Positions 36,543 through 47,039 of a stretch of DNA of 64,000 nt are shown here, one piece after another. Numbering within the stretch: position 1 is the first letter of the stretch; each line of letters opens with the position of its first letter. This stretch comes from Sphingopyxis sp. (GTDB lineage Bacteria; Pseudomonadota; Alphaproteobacteria; Sphingomonadales; Sphingomonadaceae): assembly GCA_038921085.1 (NCBI GenBank), contig JBCKXT010000003.1, positions 31,708 to 95,707 on the forward strand, in the 5' to 3' direction. The translations under genes were made by a program, and so were the position numbers. Under the pieces are notes generated by a model. The model ran no database searches and was not told where the DNA came from. It was given only the letters and a program-made list of their open reading frames with translations.

Positions 36543-37985
36543 ATGCGCAAGTCCGTCAGTAGTGTGATCGCCATGGCCTTGATGCTGTCTGCATGCGGCA
36601 GTAGCGGCGGTGGAAATACTATTGTCTTGCCGCCCACCCCGACGCCCCCGCCGTCATCCGGGTGCGCGCTGCGCGAACGACAGGATTTTGCGCTGGCGAC
36701 GCTGCGCGAATGGTATTTGTTTCCAGAAACCCTGCCTGCATCGCCAAATCCAACAGCATTTGCGACGGTACAGGACTATATCGATTCGCTGACCGCGACC
36801 GCCCGGGCTCAGGGGCGCGACCGCTTTTTCACCTTCATCACCTCGATTGCCGCCGAGAATGCGTTTTTCTCGAGCGGCTCAAGCGCAGGTTTTGGCGTCC
36901 GCCTGTCATTCGACACAACCGCCCGCCGGGTGTTCATCGCCGAAGCATTTGAAACCGCCCCGGCGCTGACGGCGGGGATTGATCGCGGCGATGAAATCAT
37001 TGCTATCGGCACCAGTGCATCGAACTTACGCACCGTCAGCGACATCATTGCCAGCGAAGGGGCCGGCGGGGTCACCAATGCGCTGGGGCCGAGCACCGCA
37101 GGCATCTCCCGGACATTGCAACTGACTGGACAGGGCGGGGCACGGACGCTGACCGTGACCAAGGCGGACTTTTCGCTGATCCCGGTTTCATCGCGCTATG
37201 GAGCGCGGATTTTGACCGTAGGTGCGCGCCAGATCGCTTACTTGAACCTGCGCACCTTCATTTCCTCGGCAGATCAGCAATTACGCGACAGTTTCGCCAG
37301 TTTCCGCAGCGCTGGCGTCACCGACTTTGTCATTGACATGCGCTATAACGGCGGCGGCCTGGTATCGACCGCCAATCTTTTCGGGGATTTGCTTGGCCGC
37401 AATCGTTCCACCAATGACATTTTTTCGCAGACGCGCTTTCGCCCCGAAAAAGCATCGAACGACAGCGTCCACCGATTTGCCCCGACTGGTCAGTCGGTCG
37501 CGCCGGTGCGCATCGCCTTTATTGGCACCGGGTCAACCGCATCGGCCAGCGAATTGGTGATCAACGGGATGATCCCCTTTTTGGGCGGCAACATGGCGCT
37601 GGTCGGGACCAACACTTTTGGTAAGCCGGTCGGACAGATCGCGGTGGATCGTACCGCCTGTGACGACCGTATCCGGGTCGTCGCCTTTGCCACCGGCAAT
37701 GCCACCAACAACACCGCCTATTTCAACGGCTTGGCGGGATCGATAGCGACCACCTGTCGCGCCGCGGATGATGTGACCCTGCCACTGGGCGATGTGCGCG
37801 AAGCATCGGTGGCTCAGGCGGTCAGCTTTTTGACCGGCACTGGTCCGGCTTGCAATACCATCTCCTCGGTGGGTCAAGGGACCGCGAGCGCCCGAGATGC
37901 GTCCGCTGCTGCTGTCTTGCACATGGAACTGCTGATCCCGGATCAACCTACCCCGGCCCAGCGCGAAGTGCCCGGACTGTTTTGA
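36543..37985 (+). CDS. S41-family peptidase lipoprotein
   Basis: Lipobox LSAC, PDZ-like GIDRGD, DMRYNGGG, TASASE, TFGKP. Confidence 0.9.
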   Translation: MRKSVSSVIAMALMLSACGSSGGGNTIVLPPTPTPPPSSGCALRERQDFALATLREWYLFPETLPASPNPTAFATVQDYIDSLTATARAQGRDRFFTFITSIAAENAFFSSGSSAGFGVRLSFDTTARRVFIAEAFETAPALTAGIDRGDEIIAIGTSASNLRTVSDIIASEGAGGVTNALGPSTAGISRTLQLTGQGGARTLTVTKADFSLIPVSSRYGARILTVGARQIAYLNLRTFISSADQQLRDSFASFRSAGVTDFVIDMRYNGGGLVSTANLFGDLLGRNRSTNDIFSQTRFRPEKASNDSVHRFAPTGQSVAPVRIAFIGTGSTASASELVINGMIPFLGGNMALVGTNTFGKPVGQIAVDRTACDDRIRVVAFATGNATNNTAYFNGLAGSIATTCRAADDVTLPLGDVREASVAQAVSFLTGTGPACNTISSVGQGTASARDASAAAVLHMELLIPDQPTPAQREVPGLF

Positions 37986-38015
37986 TATTGCTCAATCAGT
38001 CGATGGTGTGAAAAC

Positions 38016-38090
38016 TGGCTGGGGCGGCAGGATTCGAACCTGCGAATGCCGGCATCAAAAGCCGGTGCCTTACCACTTGGCGACGCCCCA
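38016..38090 (-). tRNA. tRNA-Gln(TTG)
   Basis: Minus strand TGGGGCG...CCGGC-TTTTGAT-GCCGG...GGTTCGAATCC...GCCA, 75 nt. Confidence 0.97.
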
Positions 38091-38179
38091 GTACGACCGG
38101 CCAGCACGGGCAGGTGAGCGCGGCTTATAGACGCGCTTAGAGCGATTTCAAGTCATGTGCGAATGTAGAAATCGCTCCA

Positions 38180-38803
38180 CTAGTTGGGGCCGGCGACCTG
38201 CGGCGCGGCGGGTGCAACAGCCGGGCCGCCATCCAATGCCGCCAGTATCGCGCCCGCCCGCGTGTCGCGAATCGCCAGATCGCGCGCCGAAAGTCCGGTG
38301 ATATTGTCGGTCTGTTCGGGGTCTGCGCCTGATCCAATCAGCAGCCGGACCATCGCCAGGTCGCGCCTCTGGACCGCCAGATGCAAGGGGGTTTCACCGC
38401 TGCTGCCGCCTTCGTTGACGCGGGCACCGCGCCGGATCAACAGTTCTGCCCCGTCAGCAAAGCCAAGCTGGGCCGCCCGGATCAGCGGGGTCAGTCCGGC
38501 GCGATCAGCGCCATTGGGTTCCGCGCCGCGTTGTAGCAAAAATCGCAGCCAGATCAGGTCGCGGCGCTCGACAACTACTAGCAAAGCGGTCTGGCCGGTG
38601 GACACTTCGCGGGTGTTGACCAGAGTATTTGACTGGCTCAGCAGGTCATTGACCTTGTTCGTATCCCGGTCGCGCACCGCCTCCAAAAACTGATAGCCCG
38701 GCGAACCTATCTGGGCTGCACCGGGCGCTGTGACCAACAGTGTTGCGGCCATTGCGATACCGCTCAGCTGCAGTTGTATTCGCGCAAATCGGGTTCTTGC
38801 CAT
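38180..38803 (-). CDS. Secreted ankyrin-repeat protein
   Basis: Signal peptide; GQTAL, GLTPL and GETPLH ankyrin repeats. Confidence 0.9.
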   Translation of the reverse strand: MARTRFARIQLQLSGIAMAATLLVTAPGAAQIGSPGYQFLEAVRDRDTNKVNDLLSQSNTLVNTREVSTGQTALLVVVERRDLIWLRFLLQRGAEPNGADRAGLTPLIRAAQLGFADGAELLIRRGARVNEGGSSGETPLHLAVQRRDLAMVRLLIGSGADPEQTDNITGLSARDLAIRDTRAGAILAALDGGPAVAPAAPQVAGPN

Positions 38804-38886
38804 TATTCGCTATCCCACATGGGTCGTGCGCCGATTGGTGCGCAGGGTTGATTTTGTCGCGATGCAGCCGCAAGGCTTGCGGTGCC

Positions 38887-39513
38887 ATGAATAGAGCCTC
38901 TTTTACCGCTTGTCTGTTCGCCTGTGCAAGCACCCTTATGCTCGCAGGCTGCAATTCCCCCGCCGCGATGGAGGCTCCACCGCTTGCGGGTGCACGAATC
39001 GGTGGCAGTATCGCCTTGACCGACCATAATGGCCAGCAATTTGGTGACGCCAATTTGGCGGGCAAATATCGGCTGATCTATTTTGGCTACAGCTTTTGCC
39101 CCGATGTCTGTCCGGTTGACCTGAACTGGCTGATGCTCGGGCTAAAGCAATTTGAACGACAGGATGCCGGACGCGCGGCCCGCATCCAGCCGATTTTTGT
39201 AACGATCGACCCAGGCCGTGACACCTCCGAAGTGTTGCACAACTTTGTCGGACAATTTCATCCCCGGCTGGTTGGCCTTACCGGCAGCGAGGCCCAGATT
39301 AAGGCCGTGGCCGACAATTTTCTGGTCAGCTATGCTCGCCAGCCCGGATCGCGCCCTGATGCCTATCTGGTTGCGCATACCCAACTGGCCTATCTGATGG
39401 GGCCTTCGGGCGAACCGCTGGCGCTGATCCCCATCGACCAGATCAGCACCCCCGATGTCAACGAAGGCGCGCCCGGCCTGGTGGCCGCCGAACTTTCCCG
39501 CTGGGTGCGATAG
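38887..39513 (+). CDS. SCO1/SenC family copper chaperone lipoprotein
   Basis: LAGC lipobox, FGYSFCPDVC, conserved His in YLVAH. Confidence 0.93.
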   Translation: MNRASFTACLFACASTLMLAGCNSPAAMEAPPLAGARIGGSIALTDHNGQQFGDANLAGKYRLIYFGYSFCPDVCPVDLNWLMLGLKQFERQDAGRAARIQPIFVTIDPGRDTSEVLHNFVGQFHPRLVGLTGSEAQIKAVADNFLVSYARQPGSRPDAYLVAHTQLAYLMGPSGEPLALIPIDQISTPDVNEGAPGLVAAELSRWVR

Positions 39514-39519
39514 CGGACA

Positions 39520-39990
39520 ATGGGCCAGCCGATAGCACAGCCCGCGTCGCCCGCCCCTTTTTGGGAGCGTCCGCTTGACACTTTGTCGCGAAGCGAGTGG
39601 GAGGCGCTGTGCGACGGATGCGGCAAATGCTGCCTTAACAAGCTGGAAGTAGCGGACGAGGATAGTGGCGAAGTCCGCATCTATCCCACCAACGTGACCT
39701 GTCGCCTGCTCGACCGGCAAACCGGCCAATGTGGTGATTATCGCAATCGCCGCAAATATGTGCCGGATTGCCTACAGTTGACGGCGACCAAAGTGGACGA
39801 TCTGCCGTGGTTGCCGATGACCTGTGCCTATCGCCTGCGGGCTCGGGGTGAGCCGTTGTTTGACTGGCATTATCTGTTGTCCGGTGATCGCGAAACAGTG
39901 CATAGCGCCGGACAATCGGTGCGCGGCTGGACGATCAGCGAAACCATCGCCGGGCCATTGGAAAGCCATCTCGTTGACCGCATTGTCTGA
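39520..39990 (+). CDS. YcgN-family cysteine cluster protein
   Basis: [22 protein letters not shown]. Confidence 0.92.
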   Translation: MGQPIAQPASPAPFWERPLDTLSRSEWEALCDGCGKCCLNKLEVADEDSGEVRIYPTNVTCRLLDRQTGQCGDYRNRRKYVPDCLQLTATKVDDLPWLPMTCAYRLRARGEPLFDWHYLLSGDRETVHSAGQSVRGWTISETIAGPLESHLVDRIV

Positions 39991-40705
39991 TTTTTGGGTC
40001 GCCATTGCGGGTGAAGAGCTGGCGGTTCGGGTGCGGCTCCACCCACGGGCTCGGCGATTGCGACTGCGCTATGATCCGCTCGCCCACGCGCTTAATCTGG
40101 TGATGCCGCCCCGCGCATCGCTGCGCTCGGCACGATTGTGGACCGAAAGTCAGAGCGATTGGATACACAGCCAATTAGAGCGGCGGACGCTGCCGCAGCC
40201 GGTCATAGCCGGAACCCGATTGCCATGGGGAGAGAGCAACCTGCTCGTCGACTGGGCGGCGGATCGCCCGCGTACGCCGCTGCTGAGCATATCCTCGGGC
40301 GGGGCAATACTGGCGATTGGCGGCCCCGAGCAGAGCGTCGGACCACGGGTGGGGCGGTGGATGAAACCCTATGCACATGAGGAGTTTTCCAAGCTGACGC
40401 AGCAAATGGCGGCGCGTGCGCGGCTGACCTGTCGCACGGTCAGCGTGGGCGATCCGCGCAGCCGCTGGGGCAGTTGCACAGCGCAGGGGCGCATCCGCTA
40501 TAGCTGGCGTCTTGCCATGGCACCGGATTTTGTCCGCACCGCGCTGGTCGCGCATGAGGTCGCGCATCTGGCGCACATGAACCATAGCCCCGCCTTTCAT
40601 CAACTGGTCGATGATCTGGCAGGGGATAGCGCCCGCCAGTCGCGCGATTGGCTTCGTCGCCATGGTCGCGCCCTCCATTTGTGGCGGTTTGAAACTAGTG
40701 TTTGA
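39974..40705 (+). CDS. YgjP/DUF45-like zinc metallopeptidase
   Basis: [23 protein letters not shown]; probable TTG start at 39974. Confidence 0.88.
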   Translation: MTALSDFWVAIAGEELAVRVRLHPRARRLRLRYDPLAHALNLVMPPRASLRSARLWTESQSDWIHSQLERRTLPQPVIAGTRLPWGESNLLVDWAADRPRTPLLSISSGGAILAIGGPEQSVGPRVGRWMKPYAHEEFSKLTQQMAARARLTCRTVSVGDPRSRWGSCTAQGRIRYSWRLAMAPDFVRTALVAHEVAHLAHMNHSPAFHQLVDDLAGDSARQSRDWLRRHGRALHLWRFETSV

Positions 40706-40840
40706 TCCACTATCGTGGAATCGGCACCGGCCCACTCCCCCTCCCGACCTCCCATACAATACACTGCTATGGGTGGCCTGGAGGGGGAGCGGGCTGGCAC
40801 AGAGCGTTTCAGTGCAACTGAAACAGAGTTTACGGGCCGG

Positions 40841-42949
40841 TCAGCGCGGCGGTGGCGGCACAACGCGGCGCGGCGGCGGGGTTGCTGCATCACCGTCCCG
40901 GTTGCCGGTAACCTCGTCAATCCATGACCGGTCCAGTTGCGGGCCGGGGTTGCGCGGTTTGCCATCAGTATTGCCATCGGGCGCTTGATCTTGCGGCTTG
41001 CCGCCGGGGTTCGGGTCAGGCTCGATAGGTGCGCCATTTTCGTCAGTGAGTGCGCCATCCCCCGGCTCGCCGAAATAGGCTTCGTCATCGCTTTCAAGCT
41101 GCCATTGCGGCAATTCGGCTTCGGTCCTGAACGCTTCGATCGGGCGATTGGCAACGGCGGTGCGCATGAAAGCAGCAAAGGCCCGAGCCGGGGCAACGCC
41201 GCCCTGTAGCCCGCCAACGGCGCGCGCATCGTCGCGCCCCATCCACACCCCAGTGGTGATGCCGCTGGAAAAGCCCAGGAACCAGCCATCCTTGTTGCTG
41301 CTGGTGGTGCCGGTCTTGCCCGCCACCGGGCGCCCGATCTGCGCTGCCCGTCCGGTTCCGGTGTTGACCGCAGTCTGCAACAGGTCGGTAATCCCGGCAG
41401 CAACCCAGCTGTCGACCAGAATGGAATCGGGGTCTGGCCGCCGCTCGAACAATGTCCGTCCCTCGGCTGTCGTCACTTTGTTGATGCCATAGGGCCGCAC
41501 CAGATGACCCTGCGCCGCCACCGAGGCAAAGGCCGCAGTCATGTCGATCAAGCGCACGTCGGCGGTGCCCAGCACCATCGAGGGATGGTTGTTGAGCGTT
41601 GATGTGATGCCAAACCGCCGGGCCATATTGGCGACGGTAGAAAAGCCTATGCTGTCGCCCAACCGGGCGGCAACGGTGTTGACTGAATAGGCAAAGGCAG
41701 TGCGCACGTCCATTTCGCCAGCAAATCGCCCAGAGCTGTTGCGCGGGGTCCAGCCATCAATCGTGATCGGCTCGTCGACGACGCGGGTATCGGCGGTATA
41801 GCCCGATTCCAGCGCCGCCATATAGACGAAGACTTTCCACGCCGAGCCTGGCTGCCGTTCCGCCGTAGTCGCCCGGTTATAGTTTGACGTCACATAGTCG
41901 CGCCCGCCCACCATTGCCCGCACCGCGCCGTCGCGATCGAGCGACAACAGCGCGCCTTGTGCCCCCGCCGGGGTGTTGGCCTGGATCGATGCAGTGGCGC
42001 TGCGTTGCAGGTCGAGGTCAAGCGTGGTCCACACATCCAGCGGCTCATCGGGTTCGTCAATTAGCGTGTCGAGCTGTGGCAGCACCCAATCGGTAAAGTA
42101 TCGCGCGCTATTCTGGTTGGGCTCGATTGCCATGCGGATATTGGCCGGACGGGCGTCGCGGCGCTGCCTAGGCGTGATCACGTCGGCGTCTAGCATGACG
42201 TCAAGCACGACATTGGCGCGGCCCACAGCGGCGTCGGCATCGGCGGTCGGTGAATAACGCGAGGGGGCTTTGACCAATCCGGCGATAACGGCGGCTTCCG
42301 GCAGCGACAATTGATCCGCGCCATGGCCAAAAAAGCGGCGTGATGCGGCATCAATCCCGTAACTGCCGCCACCAAAATAGACTTTGTTGAGATAGAGTTC
42401 GAGAATCTCGTCCTTGGAAAACTTCCACTCCATTGCCATCGCCAAAATCGCCTCACGCGCCTTGCGCGACAGGCTGTAATTATTGGTCAGAAAGACGTTG
42501 CGCGCCAGTTGCTGGGTGATCGTCGATGCCCCTTGCATCCGTCGCCCGGTGCCGATCCGTTCAATCGCGACCCAGACCGAGCGCGCCAGACCAATCGGGT
42601 CAATCCCAAAGTGATAGGCAAAACGGCGGTCCTCCACCGCGACCATCGCCTCGCGCATCACCATCGGGGTGTCGTTCAGGCTCAGCCAGCGACCATAATT
42701 GGGGCCAATCGATACGATAACCGCGCCGTTGACGTCACGCACGCGTATGGTCTGGGCATTACTGGTGCGGCGCAATTCTTCAAAATTGGGCAGGTTGCCC
42801 ACCGCCATGCCGACCGCAACGGCCACGCCGATGAAACCGAGCAGGCTGGCGATCAGGCCATATTTGACGACCCTGCCGACAATGCGGTGAAAGCGACCCT
42901 GTTCTTTGGGTGCGCTGCTGGACCTAGGGGATCGGGGGGAACGTGCCAT
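40841..42949 (-). CDS. Class A penicillin-binding protein (PBP1A family)
   Basis: Transglycosylase EDRRF and GASTITQQ; transpeptidase SAWK, SVN and KTG. Confidence 0.95.
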   Translation of the reverse strand: MARSPRSPRSSSAPKEQGRFHRIVGRVVKYGLIASLLGFIGVAVAVGMAVGNLPNFEELRRTSNAQTIRVRDVNGAVIVSIGPNYGRWLSLNDTPMVMREAMVAVEDRRFAYHFGIDPIGLARSVWVAIERIGTGRRMQGASTITQQLARNVFLTNNYSLSRKAREAILAMAMEWKFSKDEILELYLNKVYFGGGSYGIDAASRRFFGHGADQLSLPEAAVIAGLVKAPSRYSPTADADAAVGRANVVLDVMLDADVITPRQRRDARPANIRMAIEPNQNSARYFTDWVLPQLDTLIDEPDEPLDVWTTLDLDLQRSATASIQANTPAGAQGALLSLDRDGAVRAMVGGRDYVTSNYNRATTAERQPGSAWKVFVYMAALESGYTADTRVVDEPITIDGWTPRNSSGRFAGEMDVRTAFAYSVNTVAARLGDSIGFSTVANMARRFGITSTLNNHPSMVLGTADVRLIDMTAAFASVAAQGHLVRPYGINKVTTAEGRTLFERRPDPDSILVDSWVAAGITDLLQTAVNTGTGRAAQIGRPVAGKTGTTSSNKDGWFLGFSSGITTGVWMGRDDARAVGGLQGGVAPARAFAAFMRTAVANRPIEAFRTEAELPQWQLESDDEAYFGEPGDGALTDENGAPIEPDPNPGGKPQDQAPDGNTDGKPRNPGPQLDRSWIDEVTGNRDGDAATPPPRRVVPPPPR

Positions 42950-43040
42950 GGGTGCGCCTGACTATGGTGCGGAGACTTTGCCGACAAGCATTATTCGCAC
43001 AACCCCACAGATATGGAGCCATCGCCCCAAAGAATCTGGC

Positions 43041-43445
43041 TCAAGCGGCGCTGTTGCGATCCGTAAAGTCCAGCGCAACACTGTTCATGCAAAACCGCTC
43101 CCCGGTCGGCTGGGGGCCGTCGGTAAAGACATGCCCCAAATGCCCGTCGCAAGCGGCACAGCGCACTTCATCGCGGACCATGCCATGGCTGGTATCGCGC
43201 ACCACCGTCACCGCATCACTGCTAACGGCTACGAAAAAGCTGGGCCAGCCCGATCCGCTGTCATATTTTGCCGAACTGTCGAACAGCGCCGCGCCGCATC
43301 CCGCGCAGTGATATTGTCCCTCCCCCTTGTGGAGGTTGAAATGACCGGCAAAGGCGGGTTCGGTGCCATGCTGGCGCAACACCTGATATTGCTCGGCTGT
43401 CAGCCGCTCGCGCCATTCGCCATCACTCAGTCGGATTTTAGTCAT
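43041..43445 (-). CDS. msrB: Peptide methionine (R)-sulfoxide reductase
   Basis: GTEPAF, GSGWPSF, HLGHVFTDGP, RFCMNS. Confidence 0.96.
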   Translation of the reverse strand: MTKIRLSDGEWRERLTAEQYQVLRQHGTEPAFAGHFNLHKGEGQYHCAGCGAALFDSSAKYDSGSGWPSFFVAVSSDAVTVVRDTSHGMVRDEVRCAACDGHLGHVFTDGPQPTGERFCMNSVALDFTDRNSAA

Positions 43446-43476
43446 GCTGCGAAAATGCGCCTTTGCGCCGCCGGTT

Positions 43477-44577
43477 TCAAGATGGCATGCGGGTCAGCCG
43501 CGCCATTACCCCGATCAGCCACGGCATTTGGCCCAGCAAGCCAACCGCCCGCTCGTTCCACCCCGGTTGCTCGGCCACCCACCAAGCCAGCCGCGCAACC
43601 CGCATCGGTCGCACAATGCGCTGTGCCATCTGCATCTGCCATACCGCCGAATCCTCTCCGGTGAGCTGGGAACGCGCCGCTGAAATACCGGAGTAAAGGG
43701 CAAGCCCCATCCCTTCGCCCGCCAGCGAGGGGATAGAGGCCGCCTGATCCCCCAGCCGCCACAGGCCAGTTGTTCCTCGCGACGCCATCCAACCATAGGG
43801 GATCGCCGCAACGGCGTCGATTGGTGCCTTGGCGTCTGCCATTGCTAGTCGCTCGGCCAGTGGCGCAGATGCTCTGGCCCAGTCGGCAATCAGCGCCTCA
43901 GGTCGGCCGCCAGATTCGCTCAGCCGCGATTTGTGGACGGCGAGGCACAGGTTGGCGCTGCCGTCCTCCTGCAGGACCAAGCCGGCATAGCCACGGTCAA
44001 ACAGGAACAGCTCCACCGCATTGCCAAGCAGACGCGCAGTGACCGGGTTGGCGGCAATCCGCATCCGCAGTCCCGCCACCGGGTCATCCGCCGCGTGTGC
44101 GGGCGCGGGTCTGGGGTGCCCCGGCAAGCCATGTTTGCCGGTAGCGAGGAAAATTGCCGGGGCGTGATGGGTTGACCCGTCGGCGAGGGTAACGCGCCCA
44201 CCCTCCACGCTTTGGACCTTGACCCCGCGCTCCACCCTTGTCCCGGCCGCTGCGGCAGCGTCGAGCAGGAGCGAATCCAGTCGCCGCCGCGACAGGCCCA
44301 TGCCAGTTAGTGGCAGCGCGGCTTCGACTGATCGCGTGCCACAGAACAGCCGCACCGTGTCAATCTGATGTCCGCCCAGCGTGGCGGGGTCGATCCCCAG
44401 TTCGGTCAGCCGCGCCAGCGATTGCCACGACAAAAATCCGCCGCAAAGGGCGTCACCGGGGTGGGGGCTGCGTTCGAACAGCAGCGGCGCATTCCCCCCC
44501 CTTGCTAGGGTAATGGCTGCTGCGCTCCCGGCCGGTCCGCCGCCGATGACGATTGGCCTGATCGCCGAACTGGTCAT
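43477..44577 (-). CDS. FAD-dependent oxidoreductase/monooxygenase
   Basis: IGGGPAGS, CGGFLS, LGDQAASIPSLAGEGM. Confidence 0.88.
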   Translation of the reverse strand: MTSSAIRPIVIGGGPAGSAAAITLARGGNAPLLFERSPHPGDALCGGFLSWQSLARLTELGIDPATLGGHQIDTVRLFCGTRSVEAALPLTGMGLSRRRLDSLLLDAAAAAGTRVERGVKVQSVEGGRVTLADGSTHHAPAIFLATGKHGLPGHPRPAPAHAADDPVAGLRMRIAANPVTARLLGNAVELFLFDRGYAGLVLQEDGSANLCLAVHKSRLSESGGRPEALIADWARASAPLAERLAMADAKAPIDAVAAIPYGWMASRGTTGLWRLGDQAASIPSLAGEGMGLALYSGISAARSQLTGEDSAVWQMQMAQRIVRPMRVARLAWWVAEQPGWNERAVGLLGQMPWLIGVMARLTRMPS

Positions 44578-45287
44578 TTGATCCGGCTAACCACCAACCG
44601 CCATGGGAACCAGCGGGTGATGGTCGCACCGTCTATCCCCGCCGCTGCTAGCTGTTGTTGCCATTCAGAGCGGCGAAAACTGCGGGCAATCGACAATTGG
44701 CCATCGCGCCGGACGATCGGATCGGCCAAAGCCAGCGCCGCCAGCAGCGGGAAACCGACAAACGGCAGCCGCCTGCGGTGCAGGTCGTTGATTAGCCAGC
44801 CTGTGCCTGCTTCGGCTTCCATAAACCGCAGAAAATCCGCCCGCTCGGCGTTGCTCATATGGTGGGCAACCAAGCTGGAGATGACCCCATCCCAGCCAGC
44901 GCCGCGCTGATCGCGATAATCACCGGTTAGCCAGCGGATGCCGAATGCTGCAGGCGTCGCAGCTTGGGCGCAAGTGGCGCTGCGCGGGTTGAGGTCAATA
45001 CCGGTCAGCGCGACGGCGCGGCCCATCCGCGAGGCCATCCGGGCTATCGCCCTGAGCATATCGCCATGGCCAAAGCCCACGTCGAGCAACCGCAGCGGCG
45101 GGGCATTGCCGGGTCGGCGGCTCAATATCGTGCGGACGAAGGCCAGCGTCGGCCGCGCCGCTAGGGTCAATCGGTTGATCCGCGACAAATCCGTCAGCAC
45201 CCGCGCATAGTCAGCGTCGCCGAGGTCGGCGGCGTCCATTTCCTCCTCGCGCTCGACCCGCGTAGCAAGCGAGCTCAGTGGGTTCAC
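44574..45287 (-). CDS. Class I SAM-dependent methyltransferase
   Basis: EEMD, LLDVGFGHGD, GIDLNP, SSLVAHH, INDLHR. Confidence 0.88.
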   Translation of the reverse strand: MNPLSSLATRVEREEEMDAADLGDADYARVLTDLSRINRLTLAARPTLAFVRTILSRRPGNAPPLRLLDVGFGHGDMLRAIARMASRMGRAVALTGIDLNPRSATCAQAATPAAFGIRWLTGDYRDQRGAGWDGVISSLVAHHMSNAERADFLRFMEAEAGTGWLINDLHRRRLPFVGFPLLAALALADPIVRRDGQLSIARSFRRSEWQQQLAAAGIDGATITRWFPWRLVVSRIK

Positions 45288-46381
45288 TGGCCAGAGTCCA
45301 GCGCGACCGGACTGGGAGCAAAGTCGAGCGCGACCGCTTCGGCGGCTAATCCTGGGCCAAAAGCCAGCGCCAGTCCCGGCCCTTTGGCGCCGGATTCGAT
45401 CAGCGCTGCAATCACGAATAGCACCGTCGCTGACGACATATTACCGCATGTGCGCAAGACCGCACGGCTTGCAGTCAGAACTGCGGGGGATAGCGCTAGG
45501 GCGCGCTCCACCGCATCGAGAATCGAGCGCCCGCCGGCGTGAATCGCCAGATTGTCCGGAATGCCGTCGGGAAACAGCGCCAAAACCGTCGCGGGGTCAT
45601 GCAGCGCAGCCTCTATCCGACCCGGCACCGCGCCCGACAGCCGCATCGAAAATCCCTGATCGCCGATGTCCCAGCGGATCAAATCGTCGGAATCGGGCAG
45701 GGCTAGGCTCAATCCGGGGCCAATCGCGACAATGCCGGGTGCAGCGCTGATAATGACGGCCGCCGCGCCATCGCTGAATTGCAGCATCGCCAGCAATGGC
45801 TCAATCTCGTTCCGGTCATCCAGATGCAGGGTGGACAGCTCGACGCTGACCAGCAGCACCATCGCATCCGGCTCAGATCGGACGATATGGCGGGCGGTGC
45901 GCAATCCGGTGACTCCGGCATAACAGCCCATAAAGCCGATTAATGTCCGTTCAACCTGCACAGACAGCCCCAATTTGCGAGCGATAATCTGGTCGATCCC
46001 GGGCGCGACAAAGCCGGTGCAACTGACCACCACCAAATGGGTGATTTGCGCCGGGTCAAAGGACAGCTTGGCAATCGCCGCTAGCGCAAGAGCGGGGGCA
46101 TATTCGCCATAGGCGGCCATTCGCGCCGATGTCGGCGGCAGTTGCGGCTGGCCATAAAACCCGCCTGGCATGACCGGCGATCCGCCGCACACCGTCGGCG
46201 GTAGCACCGACCAGCGATGGTCGATGCCTGAGCGTTCGACCATCCGGGTAAACAGGCGTCGTTCGCGGTCGTCTGTAATCCGGGGCATCGCCCATTCGAC
46301 AAAGGCTTGGTGAATGTCATGATCGGGCCGGGCGGTGGCAATATCGGCAATCATCACTCGGGTTTGATCGGTCATCGGCAA
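45284..46381 (-). CDS. Type III polyketide synthase
   Basis: Cys-His-Asn triad: GFMGC, IHAGG, GNMSSAT; FSDGAAA; AFGPGL. Confidence 0.95.
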   Translation of the reverse strand: MPMTDQTRVMIADIATARPDHDIHQAFVEWAMPRITDDRERRLFTRMVERSGIDHRWSVLPPTVCGGSPVMPGGFYGQPQLPPTSARMAAYGEYAPALALAAIAKLSFDPAQITHLVVVSCTGFVAPGIDQIIARKLGLSVQVERTLIGFMGCYAGVTGLRTARHIVRSEPDAMVLLVSVELSTLHLDDRNEIEPLLAMLQFSDGAAAVIISAAPGIVAIGPGLSLALPDSDDLIRWDIGDQGFSMRLSGAVPGRIEAALHDPATVLALFPDGIPDNLAIHAGGRSILDAVERALALSPAVLTASRAVLRTCGNMSSATVLFVIAALIESGAKGPGLALAFGPGLAAEAVALDFAPSPVALDSGQ

Positions 46382-46483
46382 GCGCCGATAGCGCAGGCTA
46401 GGACAATCGTGACCATGGGATGGAGCGGGGGAGGGTTGAGCATGGCAACCTCTCCTTTACCATCTTTGTGGTATCTGGCGAGC

Positions 46484-47032
46484 ATGGAGTTTTCCCGGCG
46501 CATTCTGATGGTTATTGCCCTTGCGGGAATGTCGTCGTTATCGTCTGGCGCGGCACAGGCGGCGCAGTGCCTGTTGTGCACCACTGACGCGGACAATGCA
46601 GATCAGCAGCAGGCATCCAGTGTTGATCGGGGTGGCGAACGCCAATTGCGGGTAGAAGTAGCAGCGGACCTCGATTTTGCCCGTCTGATTGCGGGATCGC
46701 GTGGCGGCAGCGTCCGCATCGATCCGCTGCAAAGCGGCACACAGGCGCAGGGCGACGTCCGAACCGTGTCGGGCATGGGGTTTTCCGGCCGGATATTGGT
46801 AGAGGGAGTGCCCGGACGCACTGTCCGGATTGATCTGCCTGACGACTTGACATTGACCGCTGCCAATGGCGGCCAGATACGCCTGACGGGGATAACAACC
46901 GGCCAGTCACCGGTGCTGCGGCTCGGCCCTGATGGCCGCCTAGACGTCGCTTTCGGCGGCCAGTTGGACATCACTGGGTCGGTCGATGGCGATTTCCGGG
47001 GCCGTATCCCGATCACGGTCAGCTATGAATAG
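46484..47032 (+). CDS. Secreted DUF4402-like beta protein
   Basis: Signal peptide, QCLLC, LDFARL, FGGQL, GDFRGRIPITVSY. Confidence 0.75.
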   Translation: MEFSRRILMVIALAGMSSLSSGAAQAAQCLLCTTDADNADQQQASSVDRGGERQLRVEVAADLDFARLIAGSRGGSVRIDPLQSGTQAQGDVRTVSGMGFSGRILVEGVPGRTVRIDLPDDLTLTAANGGQIRLTGITTGQSPVLRLGPDGRLDVAFGGQLDITGSVDGDFRGRIPITVSYE

Positions 47033-47039
47033 GGTGTGG

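Noticed and set aside
38016-38090. Genomic island at tRNA-Gln
   Set aside because: No integrase, no duplicated tRNA end, and no compositional shift.
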